From positions 20,815,762 to 20,879,761 of the forward strand of contig CM049887.1 of NCBI GenBank assembly GCA_027474245.1: 64,000 nucleotides of DNA, read 5' to 3'. Below the pieces are notes generated by a model, which saw only the letters and a list, made by a program, of their open reading frames with translations, was not told the DNA's origin and ran no database searches. Positions 12,233 to 25,490 of this stretch are shown here, piece by piece. The translations under genes and the position numbers were made by a program. Source of the stretch: Spheniscus humboldti (Eukaryota). Within the stretch, counting starts at the first letter, position 1. Each line of letters begins with the position of its first letter.

Positions 12233-13429
12233 TTTACATTCCTGTTATGTTCATGTTCAGCATACTTACATTCATTGATTATTGGTTATTGATATGATGG
12301 AACTAGGCCTGGCAATGGATTACCTCAGTGCTGGTAGTCAGAGGACATGGCTTTTAATGGTTCCTCTAGATCACTAACATTAATGTGCTAATGTGCAACA
12401 ATCTGCTTTCAGTAGGCAGGATCTGTATTTAACATGTTACATTGGTAAAGTAATAATGGTGAAGAGGTGTAAAAGAGTAGTTCACTCTGGTTCATACTCT
12501 TGTGTAGACAGAGTGTTTTCTAGAAGGCTGAATTAATAGAGAATACTACATCTGTTTTATCTGTGATAATTCTCTGTGGGTAAATGGAAAAAAAATTTAA
12601 ATAGTGCAAGATATGTACTTTACAGAGTTGTACAAGGCAGCAAAATCTATAAAAAGACTTTTAAAAGAGCAGTAAACTTTAAACCCAAGATGTTATGTGT
12701 TCTTAGCATAGATACAATTGTACTATTTAATTTTGCTTTGAGGGGTTTTAGTGAGGATTCACAAGGTCACTAAGACAGCGGTATGGTCCTGTTGAGGAAT
12801 AAGTCTACTTTCTGTCTGACAAAGAGTCGAGACACACTGTGCTGTTTCTTGCCCAAAAGAATTCTCATCTGCTTAAGTGTTCTCCTTTAATCCTCTAGAA
12901 AGCTGTCATTTGTATGTATACCTATGAAATAGCTTCACAGTAGTCAGACTGTTGGTGAGCAGAGCCTGCTGTTCTATCAGACTAGTAAGTGTTACCATAT
13001 TGGTTATATCTATGTTGTTCAGATAGTAACACTCCCTAGTGTCCCCAGGCACTGGACTTAGCTGTAAGATAGCTGTGTCCACGCTAAATAGCTCTGCTGA
13101 GGTTGAGGTTAATTAGTTCAAGATCAGGATCATTTTGATGCAATCTTACTGGTGTTTGAACCTAAGTTAATTTCTCTGCACAGCTGTGCACTGTGACATG
13201 TAAAAACTCATGTACCATGTAATTTCCTCGAGTGTTGTTATGAAATCTTAATACAGCAGCACATTCATTGACTCAGTTGCTTTCAGTTGGTCTGTCCCCT
13301 GAAAAAGGGATAGAATTTTTAAAATTCAGATTAAAAAAGCTTGCAATTCTAATTAAAAACAAAATATTTAAAAAGAGTATCGGATGAACAATTTAATTCA
13401 ATAATTACGTAAAGAATTTTTTTTGTTAG

Positions 13430-13529
13430 TTCCACAGCAAATCGACACATGCTGAGATCTTTGTCCCAATATGGTGCTGGAGCATTTGAATACTTTGACC
13501 CAAAATCAAAGTATAACTGGAAGGCAAAG
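13430..13529 (+). CDS. PARP4: PARP4 vWA exon: (G)STANRHMLRSLSQYGAGAFEYFDPKSKYNWKAK
   Basis: Phase 2 entry completes the Gly codon carried over from the previous exon. Donor |gtacat. Confidence 0.7.
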
Positions 13530-14802
13530 GTACATTTATAAATCTTGACTGTATTCAGTATGTGATCATTGTCTGATATATCAATATCTGATACTGCATA
13601 TCTTCAGTATCTCAAAATGGGAATTACTACTTTTCATGGGATCATGTGGCTTTGCTATTACAATAAGATCGTTCAGGAAACGTTTGATAGAAGGTGGAAG
13701 GAGAGATGCTTGTCTATTAAGCCTTCTTTATTTTAAATATAAATTGATACTAAGTGAGAAAGAGAAGTATTTAGTTTGAGTGTTGCAAAGGTGCCTTATT
13801 TTCAGCAGGAACACATGTATAGGAAGGGATATGAGAGCTGTAGAGAACCCTCAGTTCTTTGATAAGGGAGGGAATTTGTCACTGTAATTGCCCCACCTTC
13901 TCATTCAGATTGGTCACTGAACGTGTAAAAGAAAACAAGACAGCCATGACTTATTTTATTTTTTCTATTCTTTTTGAGAGAGCTCCTGTACTTTTCTTGG
14001 TAAGTGCAATAACACCAACTTGGAAAAAGTTTAAAAAATGTGAAACTATATAAATAATTGTCCCTGAATGGAAAAACATGACTTTACTTCTGTCATAGGT
14101 CACAGTCCATCTACATTGTCCTTGCTATAGTGATGAGGCCTGTAGCAATTGTATTGTGTAACTTTTGACTGTTGGTACATCTAGAAGTTTCAGGCAATCT
14201 AGGACCCCATTTGCAGTGCTTTTCAGTTTCCCTCTATAGTTATGTGTCTACAGCACTATCCTATGCCTTGAATCTGGTTCCTCCTGGAACAGTGACAGTA
14301 GAGAAGGTGCTGCAGCAAGGCTAGTATCTGGCACATTTTTGCCTGGGGGAATGGGTGAAAGCATAGATTTCTCCTCTTGCTATTCTGGCTGTCATTTGAA
14401 TGATATATGCAGAACTATCCAGAGCACGCCATGGAGATGTGCAGAACTGTTCGCATATCTCACAGTTCACATGTAGGAGATGGTGCTAAGTGTAGCAGTC
14501 CATATGCCCTAGCCTGTTTGGCAACCCTGATGGTTAGAAACTTTACTCTCAAATTTCAACTTTTACTTAAAAGAAGTCTCATTATTCCAGAAGCCAGTAC
14601 AACAATGGCTGAGTGATTCTCCTTATTACCTCCAAACATTAGACTAATTTTTACCAGTAATAGTATGTGACTTGTTTTAGTTGTTTAAAAAAAAAAATAG
14701 ATCCATTCACAAGGGAAATAGGTTATTTTCTATTGAGAGATTATGTTTTCTTTTGAAAGCCTACTAACAAACAGAGATAATTTGTTTTGCTTCTTTACAC
14801 AG

Positions 14803-14973
14803 ATACAGAGCCAGGTATCTAGAATATTTTCTCCAGGATGCAGTTCAGTTTCTATTAAATGGCAACAGTTTAATACAGGTGCACCAGAGCCAATGCACGC
14901 TCCCGCTCAAATACAGTCTTTATTTAACAATGAGAGACTTCTTGTCTATGGATTCATCCCTCACTGTACTCAG
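14803..14973 (+). CDS. PARP4: PARP4 exon: IQSQVSRIFSPGCSSVSIKWQQFNTGAPEPMHAPAQIQSLFNNERLLVYGFIPHCTQ
   Basis: Acceptor ctttacacag| and donor |gtaaag, phase 0 to 0. The sequence is typical of the post-vWA region of VIT/vWA proteins. Confidence 0.7.
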
Positions 14974-15373
14974 GTAAAGACTGGAATGGACATGCACTAC
15001 TGGGTAGAAATTCATATGTGAAACAACCACAAAGGAAATACTATATTGTATTATATGTGCTCTATGCAGCATGCACTTAGCTTCTTTTTCATTACTAAAT
15101 ATAATTAAGTTACTATTTAATTGTCATTATTAGTCTTCCCTCTAAGAAGTAGAGAGGATAAAATTACCTAATTTAATGTTCCTATCATTGTGCTTTGATA
15201 AATACAGGATTTCTTTACTTGTGACTGTCCCCTTGTTGTATGGGGAAATATATATAAACCTAGACATGCAAAGATTTACAGATTTGAGTTATATTTGGGA
15301 GACAGAACAGCATGCATGTGTGCTGGTAACATAGCATGAGAGAGGAGGAAACAGTATTTTTTTTTCCTTCTAG

Positions 15374-15454
15374 GCCACCTTAAGAGCTGTAATAAATGAC
15401 CAAGAACTACAGACTGTGGTGTCGACTACTGAACTACAGAAGACGACAGGAACA
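15374..15454 (+). CDS. PARP4: PARP4 exon: ATLRAVINDQELQTVVSTTELQKTTGT
   Basis: Acceptor ccttctag| and donor |gtgagt, phase 0. Confidence 0.55.
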
Positions 15455-17305
15455 GTGAGTTTGGCCAACATTATTCATACATGCCATAGTGAGACAAGCT
15501 GCTTCAAACAACTACGTGGTGCTTCATGCTCTTTTGAAGGAATTGAAATCCCTGTTTTCAGCAGGTCTTGCACTTTTATTTTTGCTTCTGATGTTTTAAC
15601 ACAGACCTTCAGTTTTCAGACTTTTAAAGAGAAACTGTTTTACATAGAAGTGATACCTTTCTCTGTGCTTTCTAACACAAAACTTAAGCTTCTCAGAATA
15701 GGAAGTGCTGCTTCTTATTTTGGCAGCCTGTTTGGGCTCTAGCTTTATTTTTAGGTTGGCTGTTCTTCAGGCGACCTCTGTGAGGAAGCTGCTGCAGCAT
15801 TCTCTTTCATGTTGTAAATTGTTGCTATGTGGAACATCTCATTGCTAGTCTGTCATCTCTAGAAATGTATGGAAAAAAAGAGACAGTAAAGTGTTACTAG
15901 CCTTTCCTCTGCTTCAGTAACAACGAAGTAAGGAGTCTTTATGCAGAGGAAAGCACAGAACCCATTTTGAAAAGGAAAACAAGCTAAAAAGAACCATTTA
16001 TTAAATCTAACAGATGTCTACACTCAAAAAATCAAAAGAATAGTCAACTTTCAGTAATAATTCTGATATGACTGTCACCCCTTCCCCACTAAGGGAAGCT
16101 GATTTGTTTTCAGACAGAAATTATTTTGTTCCCTATTTAGTGTAATCTACTTTGAAAGCTACTATCACAGGTTGGTTTCCATAAGGACAGTTGGTTTTCA
16201 GGGATGTGACCTTCTACAGGCAAATAAAATCGGCAAGCAGAAGCAATATATTTGCTTGCCATAATGAATTTTTGCTTTTAGAAAAATGCCTGTACTACAA
16301 ATTCCAGGTGCAGTTAAAAAAAAAAAAGAAAGTTTTGAAAGGTGTAAACTGAAATGGCAAAATGATAAAAAACAGGGTCAAAATTAGAAAAAAATATTAA
16401 TTCTTGATGCTTTAGATGAACTCTGAGAATTCCTATCTGTTTCTTTTGCCAATTTACCTTAGCTCAAAAGGTAACTATTTGCTTAAGAGGTTTTCTTCAG
16501 AACTGGCTCTCTTTGGCATCTGTCATATGCTTCCAAAAATGAGCCAGCAGGAATGTTTTGGCAATTGGAACTGGAATACCAGTTACCACATTGCCCCCAC
16601 AAAGCTCCCTCTCTTTGTTAGCTTTAACGTATTGAAGAGACCAAAATTGTTTTTCTTTTCTATGAAAGACTGGTTTAGTTCAGAAAAGTAATTTCTGGTT
16701 AGTACAGTTCAGTATTTCCCTTTTCTGCGTACAGCCCCTCAGGTCAAAAAATTACTTGATTATGGTAGACCTAGTGATTTTTTGAAGTTGAACACTCTAG
16801 ACTCACTTTACTTTTTCCCCAAATTCTGTATTTTTATGGACAGGATTAATTTACCTAACTTCACCTATATAGATATTGTTGGCTAAATCTGAGGTAGTGG
16901 TCCAGGCTCCATTTACAGTCACTGGAGAAAAATGTGTACGTCCAGAAGGGGCATTCTTCCTAACTGTTTTAGTTAGCCGTTTCAAGTTGGGATTAATTGC
17001 CTGGTGGAATTCTTCTGCTTGTTTGCATGCCTGCTTTTATTTCCTCACCCTTGACTCTAGAGAGAACGTACACAACAAGTAAAGACCTAGGTATTTTTTA
17101 GTTTGCTGAAATTAAGTGAAATAAAAATATACCTTAGGTGCAGGTTGTGATTGCTTTTCAAATGGAAAATTAGCTTGACCCTTCCTTAGAGAATGGGATT
17201 CTGTGTAAATATGGAAGCTAATTGCCTGAAGCTGTACCTCAGAAATGAAAGGAAGAATTAAAAAAAAAGTTACTACTTTTATCATCAGTTTAGTTTTCTT
17301 TCTAG

Positions 17306-17386
17306 GTGCTGCACAAACTCGCAGCAAGAGCTTTCAATAATGACTATGAAGATGGGATTCTTCATGAGAATGAAACAGAACATGAG
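17306..17386 (+). CDS. PARP4: PARP4 exon: VLHKLAARAFNNDYEDGILHENETEHE
   Basis: Acceptor tttctag| and donor |gtttga, 81 nt, phase 0. Confidence 0.5.
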
Positions 17387-18178
17387 GTTTGATAATCTGA
17401 AATAAAAAGTATACATTTAAAATGCTGAATAGCAAACATTTCAGTGGAATAGAGAAGATTTTCTTGCTTTGTTAAACATAACTAGAAGGTTGCAATTTTA
17501 ATATCATTTTAAGGTTAAAGTCACCATATAGTAATATCCTCCCAGATAAGATTTTGAAAAATTTTGGGACAGTCTTTTCTTCTTCACCACTATAAGAGTG
17601 TCCTCTATTGGCATAATGTGTGCGTATTTTTCCTAATCTATACCCTGTCACTGTAGGCCATTGGTGATTCTTCTTTTCTTGTGACGTATAACATTCTAGT
17701 TTCATGAGGATCAATACATATTAGTCCAGCGAAAGTCCATAGCTTTTGTATAGGATATGGTGGAAGATAATGACCTGTGTTTTACAGATAGACAGACTTA
17801 ATGACGTGATGATCTGTTAGAAAAATGTTTTTTAGCTAGTTAAAAACTTATATATTGCCATCTTGGCTTATTTGAGACTTCAGACTAATTCTTCTTATAA
17901 AATACAGCTTCTTACACTAGAAGAAGGATAGAACCAAAAGAAGTCTAACTAGAAGAAATGCATATCCCTGCCCAAAGTTGAGTGAGGGAGTAGAGAAAGT
18001 TAGAAGGGAGCAGACAGTTAGGCAGGCCAGTATATTCACATGAGCTCTTCCTTTCACATGTCCCTGTTTAGAGTGCATAAGTGTGTTTATAGGTACATGT
18101 TCAGTTTTGACATCAACGTTTCTTTTAGCTGATCCTATTTTTTCTACCTGTTCCATTTGTTAATACTTAACAATCTAG

Positions 18179-18274
18179 ATGAAGAAACAAATCTTGAAAA
18201 ACATGATTATTCACCTCAGCTTGGAGAACTCAATTATAAGCCAGTTTACAAGCTTCGTTGCAGTTGAGAAAAGG
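18179..18274 (+). CDS. PARP4: PARP4 exon: MKKQILKNMIIHLSLENSIISQFTSFVAVEKR
   Basis: Contains the conserved ...S.ISQFTSFVAVEKR motif of VIT/vWA-family proteins. Donor |gtatgt, phase 0. Confidence 0.7.
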
Positions 18275-19149
18275 GTATGTTTTCTATATAATATCTTGTT
18301 CCCACTAGCTTCTCTGTCAAAAGACTCTAAATTCTGTAACCTTGTACATATCAAAACTAGTCTTCCCTTTGCTGAACAATGATTGTTCTTTTACAATAGA
18401 GCTAAAACTATTATTTTTGACGTTATTTTGGTTTCTTCTGCAATATAGCAAGCTATTTTCCTTTTCTATCTCTTATATTGCTTGTCCTTCCTTTACAATC
18501 AAAGTTTGTCAATCTATGTGTTCCTGTTATGATTTGCTGCAAGGGTTTTTAATTCCTGATAGTGCTGTGGGAGCCAGACAGGTCAAAGGACAAGGCCAGA
18601 TGAAGAGTACTCTTCAATCCTTGGTGCATAAGCCACAGAACCCTTTCTCATAAAAAGTAAGGATGACAAACTATAGCAAACTGGCCACTTTAGCTATGGA
18701 TTGCTAAGTAATGGATTTTGTATTGGCAAAAGTCATTCTAGGGGAGTCTGTGTTAGGTGGAAGTCACAAGGAAAGCAAAACTTGAAAAATCACTCTTTAA
18801 TATTGCAGTAAACTATGGAACTTTTTCATTTGTTTTCAGTATTAGAACAGTGGTAGGAGAAACAAAAGCTTTGCAGCAAATGGAAAGAAACACATATAAA
18901 TGACAACCTTGAAATTCAAGGGTCAGTAAGAAGAGTTTTCAAATGGAAAGCTGTATCATGATAAGCAAGATGATATCAGTTGGATTAAGTATTAGATGGG
19001 GCACAGAGAATGGGAATTCATCTGACCAAGTACCTGTGTGTACATTTAGCAATAAATCAGTCACGTTTGCCTTCCTTTCATGGTCAATGGAAATAAATAG
19101 ATATTTTTAGAGCTTGATTCATCTCATCCTGAAGTTAAATACCTAAAAC

Positions 19150-20530
19150 AGTTCAGATTAATTTTCTTAAGAGGTCTTTTTCTCAGCACTGATTATAGGG
19201 GTACCTATAGTCACTATTTCGGATTCAAGGATCACTTCCTCCAAGCTCTAGAGCAGTCTATCCCAATGAACAGGAAGTCAGGCAAAAATGCCAGAAGGCC
19301 TGGTGTGAACATGGATGAACAAGGAACTCCTGGAAAAACTCAAACATAAAAAGGAAGTATCCTGACAGTGGAAGCAGGGACAGGTAACCTGGAAGGAATA
19401 TAAAGACACTATCTGAGCATGCAGGGACATCATTAGGAGAGCCAAAGTCTACATGGAGTGGGATCTGGAAGGGATGTCGAAGACAACACGAAGGGCTTCT
19501 GTAAGCATGTAAGTGGCAAAAGGAAGACTACGGAAAATGTAGGCCTGCTGCTGAATGGGGCAGGGGAACTGGTGACACAGGACATGGAAAAGGCTGAGGT
19601 ACTGAATGCCTTTGTTGCCTCAGTCTTTACTAGCAAAAGTGTCTTTACTTTTACCTTTGGAAATTCAAGGCTGCAGAGACCAGGGGGGAAGTTTAGAGCA
19701 AGGAAGATGCACCCTTGGTGGAAGAGGATCAGGTCAAGGAATACCTAAGCAAACTGGACATACATAAGTCTAGTGGGATGCACCCACAAGTGCTGAGGGA
19801 ACCGGCTGATGTCATTGCAAGGCCACTCTCAAAAATCTTTGAATGATCATGGTAATTGGGAGAAGTGCCTGAAGACTGGAGGAAAGCAAGTGTCACTCCT
19901 GTGTTCAGGAAGGGCAACAAGGAGGACCCAGGGAACTACAGGCTGGTCAGCCTCACCTTGATCCCTGGGAAGGTGGTGGAACAGCTAATCCTGGAAACCA
20001 TTTCCAGGCATACAAAGAATAAGAAAGTCATCAGAAGTAGCCAACACGGATTAACCATGGGGAAGTCATGCTTGACCAACTTGATAAACTTTGAAAATGA
20101 AGTGACTGATGTGGTAGATGAGGGGAGAGCAGTGGATATTGTCTGCCTGGACTTCAGTAAGGCTTTTGACACTGTCTCCCATATGATCCTCATACAGAAG
20201 CTGATGAAGTATGGGCTGGATGAGCAGACAGTGAGGTGGACTGAAAACTGGCTGAATGGCCAGGCCCAGTGGGTGGTGATCAGGGGCAGGAAGTCTAGTT
20301 GGAGGCCAGTGACTGTGTACCCCAGGGACCAATAGTGGGGCGTGTCCCTTTCAAAATCTTCATTAACGTTCTGGATGATGGGACAGAGTTGTACCTTCAG
20401 CAAGTTTGCTAATGATACAAAACTGGGAAGAGTGGCTGATATGCCAGAGGGTCATGCTGCCATCCAGAAGTACCTCGATAGGCTTGAGAAATGGGCTCAC
20501 AGGAACCTTGTGAAGTTCAAAAAAAGAGAA
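19150..20530 (+). mobile_element. CR1 LINE copy E (older subfamily), ORF2 RT region, 3'-truncated
   Basis: ORFs 19458-19748, 19856-20335 and 20342-20602 encode CR1 ORF2 sequence (...QDMEKAEVLNAFVASVFT..., PGNYRLVSLTLIPGKVVEQ, FSKAFDTVSH, FANDTKLG, LDRLEKWA). Homology stops abruptly after ...NLVKFKK at about 20525. Confidence 0.8.
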
Positions 20531-21767
20531 CTTTTACAGCTTTTTGCAGTGTCCAAAACAGTTCTTTATCATCACAATTTACTATTTCATATGGTATATT
20601 AATAAAAGTAGGCCTGAATGAAGAATTCAATGGATAAAACAAGGATACCTTTTCCTGATTTTACTGTTCGTCTTGATGTCTACATTATTATGAAAAAAAC
20701 AATACCAGCAGCATATGTACATTATAAGAGTTAGATTTTTCTGGAAATACTGCTTTCCTGAGTAATAACTCCAACATTTGCAATTAAAGATCAAAAGACA
20801 GACATGCATTCCAAAAAACATCTGATTAAAAAGCAACTATAAAATGCAATGCTGTGAAGTTATTAGAAATTCCCAGGTCAAGGACTGCTTTTCAAAGTAC
20901 GATAACTAAACTGAGTCAGTTTAAATATCTTTCTGTAATGCACCTGAATATTCCATCTGGTACTTGAGCAATATTCAGAAGAAAAAATATGTTGCAGATT
21001 AGCAAGGGAACACCTGTGTGATTTCATGAACTAGTTGTTTACGAAGGGTGTCAACAGATTATTATCTGTCATTCTGATTTTTATATATCTCTTTTTGCAA
21101 TTCTTCAAAAGATTCAGTTTCCCCTTGTCGATATGATGGCTCTCAACAAACAGACTTCTAGAATGTTATGTTTGAATTATGTCTGTAAATATAATAGCTT
21201 TAATATCATTTCTAGTCTAGGATGACTTTTTTGACCCAGTGGAACAAAACATGGCAGACATCTTAAGGCAAAAGCACCTGCACAACACAATGCAGTACCA
21301 TGCAGAAATACCCAAACTAGCCCATTCAGCTTGGCACTGTGTTATGCTATGTAATTTGTCTTCTTAACATGAGTTTGCAGAATGCAATGTATTTTAAGCA
21401 CATCTATAATAATGCTTATGTTTGCTTTCCTTTAAAAGGTGGCAATAGGATTCTGACAAAAAGAACTGCTCAAGATATGGATTTTATTTCAATTATGTGG
21501 ATTTGAACAAGTTATACATACAAATATATACTGTCCACCTTTATATTTCATGTGAATCTAATTACTGACAATACATTGTCCCTCAATATAATAAAAAATG
21601 TGAAGTTACATTTACTGGGCTTTTTGTATATATTGAGTATTTTTAATGTACTGTGTTATCTGCTTATTCCCCGTTTTCAACACATTTCAAACTTCAAAAG
21701 AAAAATGCACTGTTTCTATAATGCCAGAGGGTTTTCAGGTTCACAACTGTGATGCATTTTAATTTAG

Positions 21768-21958
21768 GATGCTAATAAAACTTGTTCTGCTGATGCTCCA
21801 AACATCCTGGAAATTATAGCTCAAGAAGATGTAGATTTTTTACCTTACATGGACTGGGACCAAAAGTCAATGGAATCTGGCTTCTTATTTTCAGAAGACA
21901 TTGCCTTTCAAGCTGCGATAACTACATTTAATATATGTTCTTATCGCCAATGTTTTTG
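21768..21958 (+). CDS. PARP4: Candidate PARP4 exon: DANKTCSADAPNILEIIAQEDVDFLPYMDWDQKSMESGFLFSEDIAFQAAITTFNICSYRQCF
   Basis: Acceptor taatttag| and a single open frame. The best donor |gtatat at 21959 leaves phase 2, which does not match the phase-0 start of the next recognised exon at 23316. Either the donor is mis-chosen or an exon is missing. Confidence 0.35.
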
Positions 21959-23106
21959 GTATATTATCCAGTTGTGGTGCTATATTGTATGTGTAACCAT
22001 ATAGTAATTGTTCATGAAACCTGTTTAATTTTTAATTATTTTGAATATAATTAATGCCACACAAGTACTATGTGGAATTTTACTATAAACAAAAAAAATT
22101 GGAGGAACCTGTCCCAAAAGTAAAGTACGCTTAAAAATATCATGAGTGTAGCAGAAGTTTTGAGAGAGAATATGATAATACAGACTGCTTCTCCCTTCCA
22201 GAAGAAACTAACACCTGTTAGGGCATTCTCTCATAAGAATATGCTAGTGTAGATGAAACCTTAAATTCAGCTCTAAGAAACGGGGGGATGGGGGCAGGAA
22301 GTTTCAAGGAAAATCAAGGTATTGATCCGTAACTAAGTCTCCACTAGCAGAGAGGTACAGCCAAAACAAAGAGACTACTGGGAATGGGGATAAGCATGAC
22401 TGGAAGATGAGGACATATTGCTAGTGTGCAATGGGACAATCTCTGGGGTGAAGGGGGGAGCAATGAGAGAAACTTGAACTAGTGAAATTGGATGTTTGCT
22501 AGTTATGGTAACTGTCTCTTGACTTTGGAAACCACAAGAGGTGCCTGCATCAGTTAGCCAGCAGGTATAATTCTGTCAGTCCATCAAGTCTTAACAGATT
22601 AAAGCTTTACATCTCCAAATTGTGTAGGGGACTCAAGAAAATAATTATTTGTCTATTAAATTACGTTGTGCATGACCATGATGTGCATTTAATACAACTC
22701 AGTAGCATCATCTCAGCCTGTAGTCTGTAATGTATTAAGACTGTGAGCTGTTCAGAACAGTATCTGGGTCTGTGTTCTGTAACTTAGGTCAGCTCATATA
22801 AAGCCATTTTCCTGATCCTTTGGCTCAAGAATTTCTAGGTAAAAGAGTACCAAACATCTACGTTGGTGTATGGTGGCAGTATAGCCCAGGCTCCCTAGCT
22901 TGTATGCAGCAGCTACTGGACCTCAGCTGGTACATGTGCCAGATTCACAACACAAGCAGGATCCATGCTTCACTTTGTGTAGATCTATCTTCTGTGTATG
23001 TACAACAGTATTGTACAGTGGAACTTCTTTGGCTCATAATCATCATTATGTTAATAATTTTTATCTCAATTATGTAAAATACCTCTCTGCTCATATTTTG
23101 GTACAG

Positions 23107-25490
23107 CCAAATTTTCCTCTGAATTTGCCCAGTGAAAGGTAGAATAGGGTAAGAAATTTTTTATTTAACTGATATATTACTTTCGTTTTGAACATATGAA
23201 TGACAGTATAATGATACTGCACACAATATAAGAAGAAATACTGTTTTGATTAAAAAGAGAAAAGTATTTTATTAATTCTGGAATTATTTTGTTTCCTTGT
23301 AATTTTACTAAACAGGCATGTTCCCCAGCAGTAGCCACTGTTTATTCAGCTGATTTCCAAAGTGAGGAAGGTGAACCTGAAAGCTTCCAATTTCAGCGTG
23401 AAGAAGTTGCTGTTGTTCAAAAGAGCGTCTCACCAAAAAACACAGCGCAGGGCTTTGTAAATGTTTCTTTGAAAAGAAACCTTGAAAGTACTTGCAGTCT
23501 CAAATCAAATTTCAGTTTTGATAGAGACATGACAAAGGAGAGATCTTCTGAAACAAGGTCACCTTTACCATGTGACCTTCCTCTGCCGTGTATTGCTCAA
23601 CCTTTCTCATCGTTTGGTTTTAAAGTTCAGTCAGGAGAAGGAATTGATCTGACTCAAAAAAAATCACTTCAGACACCTGCACTTACAAAATCAGACGTTT
23701 GTGTGGATGTTCCTGAACCTACCCCTCCTCCTTGCCCTCCTTATTCTTTGCAAGTACCAGTGGGAGGCTTGAAACATGGGTTTTATTCTGGTGTTGCTCC
23801 AATGCAGGGTTTAGTATTTGGTTCACCTATCCCTACCTGCACAAATTCTGGAAAGACTAATGTTGAAAAACAAGTTGTTCCAAAATTTCCTGTTTTTCAA
23901 GCTAATAGAAAAGAAGCATTGCCAGGGTCAAGGTGTAAGAAAAAGGCATTACATCAGCGTGATGTTACAGCTCCTGAAAAGGGATTTACTGAGGAGTTTA
24001 AGGTTGTGGTAAGTCTTCCATCAGTAGTCTTTTATATACAGGATGCTACACACGTCATGCTGAAATCCAAGCTGCATTCAGCTAATGAAAGCTGCCTTGA
24101 ACATTTACGTTTCAAGGTTCATGGATGTACAGCCAAAAAAGAACATGGTAAGACTGGTAATGAGGCTGCTTTCCAATTCAAGAAATCTGAACCTGAAATG
24201 CAGAAAGCACTCTTTTTGTTGGGTTAGTTTTTAGTTATTCTTTTTCAAAGTGATAAATCTTATACTCTGAATTCTGCCACTTGTTCCTTACAACTCTAAC
24301 AGGCGACTTTTAAATGGAATTACTTTGTATCATGAAGTAGTAGCTATATGGGTAATGGTGGTAGAATAAGATTCTTAATGAACATGACTCTCTTTGTTCA
24401 GGACCAATCTTGCTGGTTTATGTCAACACAGAGGATTCAGCAAAGACTTCCGTTCTGTTCAGTAAATAGGAATGAAATTCCTGAGCTTCAAAATCAGGTG
24501 CAGTACCCATCCTTTATTCATGCATTACCTAAAAATAAGATATGAGTAGAAGGAAAAGTTACCTTCAGCCCTGCCCGGAGATAAACATTTTGTAAATTAT
24601 TTTGTTTTCTTTGCTTTATAAACTGATTTTATAAAGAGCATGATGACATCAGTGTCATAGTATTTTTTTGTTTGTTTCATGGGCAATCCATCATGCTTAA
24701 GAAACAGTATAAAATTGGAGCCAACAAGTGGTGATAACCTCCAGAGTCAAATTTTACTCTGGATTTGCCCAGTGTAAGGTAGAACAGGGTAAGAAATTTT
24801 TATTTTAAACAATACATTTTTATTTTCAATTTGAATATACAAATCACAGTATAATGATAATTTGTATAATACAAGATGGCATACAGTTTTGATTAAAAAG
24901 AGAAAAAAAGTCTCACTAACTCTGGAATTATTTCATTCCTTGTAATTTTGCTAAACAGGAACTTTCTCTAGCTGTAGCTGATGTTTATGCAAATGCTTTC
25001 CTAAGTGGGAGAGAATGAACCTTTTTCAACCAGAAAAAAAGAGGTTTCTTTTTAAAAAGAGGAGTGGTTTTTAAACTTTTAAATGCAATTACTTTGTATC
25101 ATGATGTAGTAGCTGCATGGGTAATGGTGGTAAGATTCTTACTGAACATTATCCTCTCTAGGAACAATCAAGGTGCTTTATAACAACAGAGAAAGAAAGG
25201 ATTCAACAGAGAATTGAGCTGACTTCTGTAACCTGGAAAGAAATTTTTGCACTCCAAAATCAGGTGCAGTACCCATAGTCTATTTGTGCATTACTTAAAA
25301 ATAAAATATAGGTAGAAGGAAAAAATATTTTTACTTGAGTCCTGTCCTGAGATAAAGTAAAATACATTTATAAAATGTTTATAAACAGATTTTACAAGTA
25401 TATGATGACGTCAGTCATGCTATGTTTTATTACTTTCTCAGGCAGCTCAGCAATGGATATGTAAGGAACAGTATAAAATCAGAACCTTTC
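23107..25490 (+). repeat. Tandem duplication of two units (23107-24746 and 24747-~25490) of the large PARP4 exon plus its flanks; copy 2 is decayed with an internal ~880-bp deletion
   Basis: 23107-23320 aligns with 24747-24960 (ccaaattttcctctgaatttgcccagtgaaaggtagaatagggtaagaaatt versus tcaaattttactctggatttgcccagtgtaaggtagaacagggtaagaaatt), including the acceptor ctaaacag|. 24290-24746 aligns with 25060-25490. Copy 2 retains only about 75 nt of exon-like sequence, with stop codons. Confidence 0.8.
23316..24008 (+). CDS. PARP4: PARP4 large exon (693 nt, 231 codons), Pro/Ser-rich low-complexity region: ACSPAVATVYSADFQSEEGEPE...PEPTPPPCPPYSLQVPVGG...FTEEFKVV
   Basis: Acceptor ctaaacag| at 23314-23315 and donor |gtaagt at 24009. 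It is uninterrupted in one frame, phase 0 to 0. The supplied ORF 23289-24227 begins at a non-ATG (TTG) codon and is simply the open frame of this exon. Confidence 0.75.
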
